A DNA stretch of 64,000 nt. It comes from Pedosphaera sp. (lineage in GTDB: Bacteria > Verrucomicrobiota > Verrucomicrobiia > Limisphaerales > SIBH01). A model generated the notes under the pieces. That model saw only the letters and a list, made by a program, of their open reading frames with translations, did no database searches and was not told the origin of the DNA. The DNA is taken from NCBI GenBank assembly GCA_009695285.1, contig SIBH01000001.1, positions 10,296-74,295 on the forward strand, written 5' to 3'. Made by a program: the position numbers and the translations under genes. Below are positions 37,264 to 43,895 of this stretch, piece by piece (positions within the stretch are counted from its first letter, which is position 1; every line of letters starts with the position of its first letter).

Positions 37264-38466
37264 TCAGCGGGTGTTGATCCCGCCCAGGAGCGAGAAGAGC
37301 GGGAGGAAGAACGAGAGGGCCATGAGCCCCACGATGGCGGTGAGTCCGGCGAGGAGCATCGGCTCCAGGAGCGCCAGTGCGGTGGCGAGGCGCTCGCGCG
37401 CCCGACGCGCGGCGTAGGCTTCGATGTGACGCAGCGCGAGGCCGAGCTGCCCGGTCGTCTCGCCCGACTTGAGCGCCGGAATGATGAATCCGGGGAAGGC
37501 GTGGTCCTTCGGCAGCGAGGCGTAGAGCGGCTGGCCGACCGCGACGCCTTCGCGGGCGGCGAGCAGGTCCCGCGCGAGCACGGCGTGGTTCATCAACTCG
37601 GCGCCGGTGGCCAGGGTGTCGAGGAGCGCCACCCCCGCCTCGTGCAGCAGCCGGCAGTGCGAGGCGAACCGCGCCGTGGCGAGGCAACGGATCGTCTCGC
37701 CCAGGACCGGGACGCGCAGGAGCGCCGCATCGCGCAGGTAGCGGAGCTTGGGGGTGCGCGCGGCGAACGCGGCAAACACCGCCAGTCCGGCCGCTGCGAC
37801 GGTCAGCCCCGGCCAGCCGGTCCGCACGATTTCGCTGACGCGAATGAGCCCCATGGTGAGGGCCGGCAGGGTCAGGTGCATTGACAGGAAAATCTCCGCG
37901 AACTTCGGCACCACGCCGCCGAGCAGGAAAACAATGAGACCCGACACGGCGACGAGCACGATCAGGGGATAGATCAGCGCCCGCTTGGCCGTCCGGCGGA
38001 TATCTTCGGCGTTGGTGAGATGTTCAGCGAGGGCCTTGAGCGACTCCGGCAGTTGCGCCGAGGCTTCTCCGGCGGCAATGACTGCGGCCAGATGAGGCGG
38101 GAACTGCCGGACAAAGAACCGGCACGCCTCGTGGATCGGCCGGCCCTGCGCCACTTGGTCATGGATGTGGGTGAGCATGGTCTGCATCGGCCCCTTCGGT
38201 GAGTCCTCGGCCAGTTGCGCGAGCGCCACGTCGGCCGTCACGCCCGCGCGGAGCTGCATCTCCAACTGGTGGAGGAGCGGCACAAAATCTCCGGTGGCCA
38301 GCTTGAGCCGGGCGAGTTTTCGGCCGGATGACACCGGGCGGATTCGGACGGGCCAAAGGTCTTGGGCGCGCAGTTTTGCGCGCAGCTGCGCCTCGTCGGG
38401 AGCGGCCTCCCGGAGCGAGCGGCGGACTCCCGCCCGGTCGATGATGTTGACGGCGAAGGCGGGCAT
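37264..38466 (-). CDS. GspF/PilC-family inner-membrane platform protein
   Basis: Start MPAFAVNIID.. at 38466. It has two GspF-type repeats with three TM segments (..DFVPLLHQLEMQLRAGV.., ..ATGAELMNHAVLARDL..). Confidence 0.85.
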   Translation of the reverse strand: MPAFAVNIIDRAGVRRSLREAAPDEAQLRAKLRAQDLWPVRIRPVSSGRKLARLKLATGDFVPLLHQLEMQLRAGVTADVALAQLAEDSPKGPMQTMLTHIHDQVAQGRPIHEACRFFVRQFPPHLAAVIAAGEASAQLPESLKALAEHLTNAEDIRRTAKRALIYPLIVLVAVSGLIVFLLGGVVPKFAEIFLSMHLTLPALTMGLIRVSEIVRTGWPGLTVAAAGLAVFAAFAARTPKLRYLRDAALLRVPVLGETIRCLATARFASHCRLLHEAGVALLDTLATGAELMNHAVLARDLLAAREGVAVGQPLYASLPKDHAFPGFIIPALKSGETTGQLGLALRHIEAYAARRARERLATALALLEPMLLAGLTAIVGLMALSFFLPLFSLLGGINTR

Positions 38467-38467
38467 G

Positions 38468-39127
38468 TCAGAGCGGGAGTCGCACGCGGGCGGGTTTTTC
38501 CGAGGCCGGCAGACGCAGCCGGTGTCCGGCGAAGCGCAGCCAGACGGCGTCGGGTTCGATTCGTTCGAGCAGCAGCGACTCGACTGTCTCCCCGGCTTGC
38601 ACAGGCCGGTCGTTGATGATCGCGCATGGCACCGCGCCGGCCAGGATGCCGGATACGTGCAACGTGACCTCGCGGACCGACTCCGCTGACGCGATGCGAA
38701 CGGCAAACGGATTTACCGGCTCGCCCGGCTTGGTATCGGCCGTGACTGCGGCGAGGTCGATGACGCCGTCCGCATTCGGCATCAGGGTTGGCTCGACAGA
38801 GGCAGCTTGGGCCGGCGGGGGCACGGGCGGAGGATTGGGCGGGGGTGACGGCTCCGGTGCCATGACGGCGACGGCCGGCCCGGCCGGTGTGGCTGGGGAT
38901 GCGATGAACTTGGCCGCAAGCGCGTCATTCTGGCTGAGGAGCGCCTCGATATACTGCGCCTGTTGGCGGATCTTCAGTTCCAGCGCAGGGTTCAGCGGTG
39001 CGAGTGGCATGGTTGTCACGGGCCGGGGGTTCGGTGTGGGCTTCGCTGGCACCGGCAACGCGGGGGCGGGGGTGACGGCTTGGCAGCCGGCGAGTCCGAG
39101 AGTGAGCAAGATAAGCAGGTGTTTCAT
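38468..39127 (-). CDS. Lipoprotein, PilP-like (tentative)
   Basis: Lipobox LTLGLAG|C, a long Pro-rich linker and a C-terminal small beta domain (VSGILAGAVPCAIINDRPVQAGETVESLLLERIEPDAVWLRF), as in PilP/GspC HR domains. ATGA overlap with the virB10 stop. Confidence 0.5.
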   Translation of the reverse strand: MKHLLILLTLGLAGCQAVTPAPALPVPAKPTPNPRPVTTMPLAPLNPALELKIRQQAQYIEALLSQNDALAAKFIASPATPAGPAVAVMAPEPSPPPNPPPVPPPAQAASVEPTLMPNADGVIDLAAVTADTKPGEPVNPFAVRIASAESVREVTLHVSGILAGAVPCAIINDRPVQAGETVESLLLERIEPDAVWLRFAGHRLRLPASEKPARVRLPL

Positions 39128-40119
39128 GGGCGGGAGGGAGCGGTGGTTTGCGCGACGGCGGCGCTGCGCCGGGCCTGGCTCCGGTCGAGGGTTTCGGTGA
39201 GGTAGAGGTAGAAGGGTTTCCCGGCGGGCACGCGGAGGTAGAAGCCGTCGCGGGCGATTGATTCGCGGATCGCCTGTGCATACTCGCGGAGGACCGCCCC
39301 CGTGCCGGCGAGGACCGCGTTGCGCGCGGTCGTCGTGGGCACTGACGATTCGCCGAGCAGACCGGCGGTGGGACGCGTGTCCTGCAAAGCGGCGGTGGCG
39401 GTCACGAGAAATGTGGCGGCAAAAAGCTTCAGCTCGCGGTCACTGTCCGTCCTGACCACCTGGCCGCGCAGGCCGGCGGAGCCGTCGTGTTCGCCCCAGC
39501 TTTTTGTCGCCGCGTCGAATTCCCGATCGAGCACGATGCCGTCCGTTAGAAGCTCGGTGCCGTTGTCGCCGTCGGGCGTGCGCCAGACGATCCGCCAGGC
39601 GCCCTGGGCGGCGATCCGTTCGCGCGCGCGGTCGAGCGAGGCGCGACCGTGGACCTCTGCGCCCGCCGGGATCACGAGCCGGCCATTGTGCCAGACATCC
39701 TCGGTCACGAGCCCGATGATCGGGGTTTCGAGCCGGTTGGACTCGAGGGCGACGATCGTTTCGCAAGGGATGAGCCGGCCGTAGGGGGCGGACGGTAGCA
39801 CGGAGATTTGCGAAGCTTCACGCAGGGCGGAAAAGAGCATCAGGGGCAGCTCGCGCGGCGTTTGGGCCGCGCCGGGAGCGCCTGTTGCCCCAGTCGGGAG
39901 AGTGGCCGGCGCGATGGCGGGCGGCTTGGTAAACCGCGCGACATCACGGGTGAGCGTTCTGGGCAGCGTCACCGCTGGCATCGGTTTCGCGGCGGGCAGC
40001 GCCGGGACCGGTTGCGGCTGGTGCTGCCAGCGCACCGCGAGGACCCCGAGCAGGAGCACCGCGCCGACCAGCAGCACCTGGCCGGTGGGTGACGTGAAGA
40101 AATCGCGATCGAATTTCAT
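39124..40119 (-). CDS. virB10: VirB10/TrbI-family T4SS protein
   Basis: N-terminal TM, a Pro-rich region and a C-terminal beta-barrel domain pattern (GRLIPCETIVALESNRLETPIIGLVTEDVW..GRLVIPAGAEVHG.., ..FYLRVPAGKPFYLYL). Confidence 0.8.
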   Translation of the reverse strand: MKFDRDFFTSPTGQVLLVGAVLLLGVLAVRWQHQPQPVPALPAAKPMPAVTLPRTLTRDVARFTKPPAIAPATLPTGATGAPGAAQTPRELPLMLFSALREASQISVLPSAPYGRLIPCETIVALESNRLETPIIGLVTEDVWHNGRLVIPAGAEVHGRASLDRARERIAAQGAWRIVWRTPDGDNGTELLTDGIVLDREFDAATKSWGEHDGSAGLRGQVVRTDSDRELKLFAATFLVTATAALQDTRPTAGLLGESSVPTTTARNAVLAGTGAVLREYAQAIRESIARDGFYLRVPAGKPFYLYLTETLDRSQARRSAAVAQTTAPSRP

Positions 40120-40925
40120 GGGTGGGGCACGATGACGCTGAACTTTTCTCGCACGGAGAGATTGGCCCGGCCGCCGCCCGGACCGCCCGCGATCACCAGA
40201 TAGATGCAGGTGGTTGCCTTGGGGGGAATGGAGCCGGACGCATCCGCAAGTGCCGCCGGGAAGAATTCCCGGCCGAGTCGGATGGCGAGACCCTCCGGGT
40301 CATACGGCACGGCCACATCGAGCGTGCTCTCCAGCCGCACGCGCAATACGAGCACATCCTCGGCATCGAAGCGGACGACTGATTCGACGGTGGCGGTGAA
40401 TGCGCGGTAGAGTGTCGAATTACCCGGCTGGGCGCGTTCCAGCGAAGAACTCATGCCGGGATACTGCACCGCCTGACGGTCGAGCTGCTTCGCGCGCTCC
40501 AAACACCCGCGGAGCGTCTCGAGCGTGGGCGGGCGGCCCTTCACGCCGGTCACGGGTTCATCGAGGAAGACGACAGCCCGGTCGGGTTCGGCTCCGGTGG
40601 TGAATGCGAGGGCAAAGACCCGGCCACGGAAGACGATGTTCAACGCTCCCGTCGCGCCTTCCTTGAGCGACCGCAGTGAGAAATATTCCGTGCCGGCCTC
40701 GTGCGAGAGCAGGATGCCGGGATGGTCCTCCGCCTTGGCAGAAACGTTTGCGCCGACCAGCGCTTTGAGTCCACCGGGAAAGACACAGGTGGTCGGTTCG
40801 TCCTGGCTCAAACGGACGGTATAAACCGAGCGCTCATCGAGCGGGTAACACTTGATTTCGGCTCCGTCGACACCCGCTATCAGGAGGGCCTGCACCATGA
40901 TCATTGCGATACGTCGAAGGTCCAT
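40116..40925 (-). CDS. virB9: VirB9/TrbG-like T4SS outer-membrane core protein
   Basis: Signal-like start (MDLRRIAMIMVQALLIAGVDG; an alternative Met is at 40904). Beta-rich sequence, positioned between the virB8-like and virB10 genes. The call rests partly on position. Confidence 0.55.
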   Translation of the reverse strand: MDLRRIAMIMVQALLIAGVDGAEIKCYPLDERSVYTVRLSQDEPTTCVFPGGLKALVGANVSAKAEDHPGILLSHEAGTEYFSLRSLKEGATGALNIVFRGRVFALAFTTGAEPDRAVVFLDEPVTGVKGRPPTLETLRGCLERAKQLDRQAVQYPGMSSSLERAQPGNSTLYRAFTATVESVVRFDAEDVLVLRVRLESTLDVAVPYDPEGLAIRLGREFFPAALADASGSIPPKATTCIYLVIAGGPGGGRANLSVREKFSVIVPHP

Positions 40926-41557
40926 ACTGCGAGGGGGTATCGGCCGTTGGCCGCCAGGTTGGGGTTGCGCGCGAATTGGAAACGCACGGTGAAAGTGGGT
41001 GCTTCGCCAAAAGTCTGACCGCCGACGATGCCGGTGCGGATCAACTGGCCCTCGGCCTGCACGAGGATCATGTTCTCGCGGGTTTCGAGCACGGTGAGCT
41101 TCAGTACCTCCGGCTTCTGGTGGAGCGACTTCGCGGCGAACTCCTCCGCGCTTGTGGCCGCATCGGCGCGGGCCTTCTTGGCGGCCTCCGGCAGGAAGAG
41201 CCGGTCGAGGAGTTCCGGGAAATCGAAACCGGCCGGGTTGCGCTGGAACAAGGCGAGACACGCCAGCAGCGCCTGCTGCTCGTGGAGCTTGGTCGCTTCC
41301 TCGAAGCCGAGCAGCGGGCTGATATGGAAGGTGCCGCTCGGGTCGAGCACCACCACCCGCTCGCGTTCGCGGTAGGCGCGGATGACGAGGAAGGGCTGCA
41401 CCACGCAAAAACCCACAGCGATGATCGCTACCATGCACCACAGGCGTGCGGCCATCGCATGGTCGGCAAAAAGTTCGAGGGGCCGCCACGGGCGACGGGG
41501 CCGGCTGGCGGGATCGGGCCGAACGTGGGGAGCAACGGTTTCGCGAAGAGTGGTCAT
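40901..41557 (-). CDS. virB8: VirB8/TrbF-like T4SS protein
   Basis: A single N-terminal TM (LWCMVAIIAVGFCVVQPFLVI) followed by an NTF2-like periplasmic domain pattern. Positioned between the virB6-like and virB9-like genes. Confidence 0.6.
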   Translation of the reverse strand: MTTLRETVAPHVRPDPASRPRRPWRPLELFADHAMAARLWCMVAIIAVGFCVVQPFLVIRAYRERERVVVLDPSGTFHISPLLGFEEATKLHEQQALLACLALFQRNPAGFDFPELLDRLFLPEAAKKARADAATSAEEFAAKSLHQKPEVLKLTVLETRENMILVQAEGQLIRTGIVGGQTFGEAPTFTVRFQFARNPNLAANGRYPLAVWTFDVSQ

Positions 41558-41563
41558 GGCTGG

Positions 41564-42613
41564 TCAGATTGAGGTTTGCGGGGCGGGTAGCTGCGCCATG
41601 GCGAGGGCGGCGGACGCGCGCTGGTCCCCGGCGGGATCGGAAGGCGCGGCCGGAGCTGGGGCCGGCGGCGGCGGGGCTGGAGGCGCGGGTGGCGGCATCC
41701 CCCCAACGCCGCCGGAACTACCCGCGGCCTTCGCGGCGGTCGAAGCGGCCAGCGCGGGCGCGGCAAGTCCGGCTGACTTCACGGTCTTCACCATGTAGGC
41801 GACTTGCTGGAGGGTGTAGAGCTGTTGGAGTGCGGCCCCGCCGCCGCCGGATACGGGTGAACCGGAGCAAATGAGACCCTGCATGAGGAAGGGCGTGGCG
41901 ATGGTGCCGATGATGAGCCAAAGTGCTGCGAGCAACCCGCCGAGCAGGCTCGCGAATGACGCCGCGTCGATTTCGCCGGGAGTGAGGTCATAGGCCACGG
42001 CGAGGTTGTTCGTGTAGGCGGTGAGCAGGTGGTAGGCGACCAGCTCGGTCACCGCGAAGCCGACCGGCCACGCCAGGACGGCCAGGGTCTGCTGGATATA
42101 GCGCGTTGCGAGCTGCGCCTGCGACGGGATCATGTAGAGCGAAAGCGCGACCGGCAGAAACAGGTAGCAGAGAAGCTTGAAAATATACTGGAGGATCAGG
42201 AAAGGGACCTGCAGGACGCTCGCGATGAGAACGACGAGTTGCATCGAGGCGTGGAGAAACGCCTGGTAGAGCGATTCGCCGATCCTCCGCAGGCTGAACT
42301 CGGTGCCGCTGCCGCTTGCCGTGCTGCGCAGCTTGGCGGCGGTCTGCATCGGGTGGTCGGTATAACCCTCCTGCACCGTATTCGCGACCGAGAGGAACAC
42401 CTTCTCGGTAAAACCGAACCAATATGGCAGGGTTGCCACCAGCCCGACCACGACCATCGCCCGGATGATCGGCCGGGCCAGACCTTCGATGTCCGCACGC
42501 GCCTGCTGAATTTGCAGCACGAGTCCGGCGACGCACACGAAATACACGATCACGCGCAGCGTGTTGGTCAGCGAGAGGATGCTCTCGCGCAGTCCTGGAG
42601 CGAAGTTTTCCAT
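41564..42613 (-). CDS. virB6: VirB6/TrbL-family polytopic T4SS protein
   Basis: 349 aa with at least 5 TM helices and a Gly/Ala/Pro-rich C-terminal tail (PPPAPPAPPPPAPAPAAP), as is common in TrbL. Confidence 0.7.
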   Translation of the reverse strand: MENFAPGLRESILSLTNTLRVIVYFVCVAGLVLQIQQARADIEGLARPIIRAMVVVGLVATLPYWFGFTEKVFLSVANTVQEGYTDHPMQTAAKLRSTASGSGTEFSLRRIGESLYQAFLHASMQLVVLIASVLQVPFLILQYIFKLLCYLFLPVALSLYMIPSQAQLATRYIQQTLAVLAWPVGFAVTELVAYHLLTAYTNNLAVAYDLTPGEIDAASFASLLGGLLAALWLIIGTIATPFLMQGLICSGSPVSGGGGAALQQLYTLQQVAYMVKTVKSAGLAAPALAASTAAKAAGSSGGVGGMPPPAPPAPPPPAPAPAAPSDPAGDQRASAALAMAQLPAPQTSI

Positions 42614-42895
42614 TTAGTTGCGTCCCTCCAGCGGACGTTGCCGCAGTTCCTCCTGCCGGAGCTTCACCATCAGGCGTTCCGTCGCCGCCGGGTCCGGCTG
42701 GTAATCGGTGCGGGTATCGACCCCGATGCCGCCCTGCCAGCGGTCGACCGGTTGCAGGTGGCGCGGCGGCGGGGCCGGCAGGTCAGAAGTCGGCGGCATC
42801 AAAGGAGCGGTCCGGCAGGCGTGCCGGAGCACGAGCAGCCCGCACACCGTCAGGCCCGCGACAGAAACTAGGATATAGAGAATCATCCGCTTCAT
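42614..42895 (-). CDS. Small membrane/lipoprotein-like protein
   Basis: 93-aa ORF with an N-terminal hydrophobic segment ending LTVCG. ATGA overlap with the trbJ-like stop, and abuts the virB6 start. Confidence 0.5.
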   Translation of the reverse strand: MKRMILYILVSVAGLTVCGLLVLRHACRTAPLMPPTSDLPAPPPRHLQPVDRWQGGIGVDTRTDYQPDPAATERLMVKLRQEELRQRPLEGRN

Positions 42896-43701
42896 GGCCG
42901 GGTGTAGGTGGTCGGCGTCACCTTCACGGACTGTTGCCAGGCCCCGACGACCGCCAGGGTCTGCTGCTCTTCCGCGATCTGCTTTTCCAAAAAATCCTGC
43001 CGCTCCTTGGCCGCCTGGTTCTCATTGAGGATCTGCTGTGCACGGAGTTTGTCGGCCTCATCGCGCCGCTGCGCATCGACGTGGGCGAGCTGGCCGTTCA
43101 GCGCCGCGATTTTCGCGTTCAGCTTGTCCACTTCGGCCTGTGTGCCGGCGGAGCGGAGCTGTTCCAAAGTGGCGCCCAGGTCGGCCTGCAAGGCCGCGCC
43201 CCGCATGCCGGTTTCCGCGTGGACCGCCGCCAGATTGTCGGCCTGCCGTTCAACGGCCGCGTAACGCCGGTAGAGCGGCTCCTGCCGGACGAAGTCGCGT
43301 CCGAGCACCGTGCGGTCGTCGAGCTGGCGGTAGATTCCGTCCGAGGTGCGGCGCAACGAGTCGATGGCGTTGGAAAGCCGGCGCACGGCCGACAGCGTCT
43401 CCCCATAACTGCGGGCGAGGTTGTCGGCGCCGAGGCCGCGCAGCACCATGCCGGCGCCGGCGGCGCTCGGGTCGCCCATGACATCGCGGATGCGTTGCTG
43501 CACGGTGAGCTGTTCCTCGAGCTGGCGGAGCTGCCGGTTCAGTTTCTCGATCTGCTCCGCCCATTGCTTCAGAATCGCGATATGGTTGGCGACCTGACCC
43601 GCCTGCACCGCGGAATTCACCGCCGTGTTGACGGGGTCGTTGACGATCCACTGGGCGCACAGAGGCGCGGTAAGAATGACGAAAAGAATCAGGAGTCTCA
43701 T
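42892..43701 (-). CDS. TrbJ/VirB5-family T4SS protein
   Basis: The start MRLLILFVILTAPLCAQ (signal) lies immediately after the upstream stop. WIVNDPVNTAVNSAVQAGQVANHI.. and the long coiled coil are typical of TrbJ. Confidence 0.65.
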   Translation of the reverse strand: MRLLILFVILTAPLCAQWIVNDPVNTAVNSAVQAGQVANHIAILKQWAEQIEKLNRQLRQLEEQLTVQQRIRDVMGDPSAAGAGMVLRGLGADNLARSYGETLSAVRRLSNAIDSLRRTSDGIYRQLDDRTVLGRDFVRQEPLYRRYAAVERQADNLAAVHAETGMRGAALQADLGATLEQLRSAGTQAEVDKLNAKIAALNGQLAHVDAQRRDEADKLRAQQILNENQAAKERQDFLEKQIAEEQQTLAVVGAWQQSVKVTPTTYTRP

Positions 43702-43895
43702 GGGGTTTTGGGGTTGGGCGCTTCCGGTGGCACCGGCCGGCGCTGCTGGTTTTGGATGATCCAATACTGCTCCTTCACCGCCTGCCGGTAGCCGCGCTCG
43801 TAGCCGCGCGCCTCGGCCGCAGCCTCACGGCCGGCGGGCGTGGCGCAGCCGGTGAGCGTCAGGCAGAGAGCAACGATCAGGCAGCGGGGGCGCAT
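43698..43895 (-). CDS. Small lipoprotein (VirB7/TrbH-like position)
   Basis: MRPRCLIVALCLTLTG|CA lipobox. 65 aa, lying between virB4 and trbJ-like. Confidence 0.55.
   Translation of the reverse strand: MRPRCLIVALCLTLTGCATPAGREAAAEARGYERGYRQAVKEQYWIIQNQQRRPVPPEAPNPKTP

Noticed and set aside
36308-37687. Long N-terminal extensions in the ORF track. Examples are 36308-37687, 37264-38706, 40116-41489, 12910-14973, 13051-15132, 20628-21938, 22502-23917, 47317-48525, 48821-49957, 7961-8779, 29290-30072, 42892-43764, 43698-43961, 58705-59034 and 58722-63995.
   Set aside because: The extensions overlap the upstream gene in another frame and are Arg/Pro-rich nonsense. They end at an internal Met/Val that abuts or overlaps the neighbouring stop codon and begins a recognisable signal or domain. 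Starts were therefore moved inward.
29290-39127. Alternative reading of the secretin/GspE/GspF block as an ordinary chromosomal T2SS or T4P locus that merely lies next to the T4SS.
   Set aside because: There is no break in strand, spacing or composition, and there is an ATGA overlap with virB10. Element genes (T4CP, relaxase and others) lie on one side and further element-like genes (the YhcG nuclease) on the other. The block also has only two pilin-like genes, not the five GspG-K pseudopilins. The idea is kept as a stated alternative in the main finding rather than adopted.
41570-41760. GC-rich repetitive-looking stretch (ggcggcgg.. encoding PPPAPPAPPPPAPAPAAP) at the 3' end of virB6, considered as a tandem repeat or phase-variable tract.
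   Set aside because: It is low-complexity Pro/Ala/Gly coding sequence without an exact repeating unit. Such tails are common in TrbL/VirB6 proteins.
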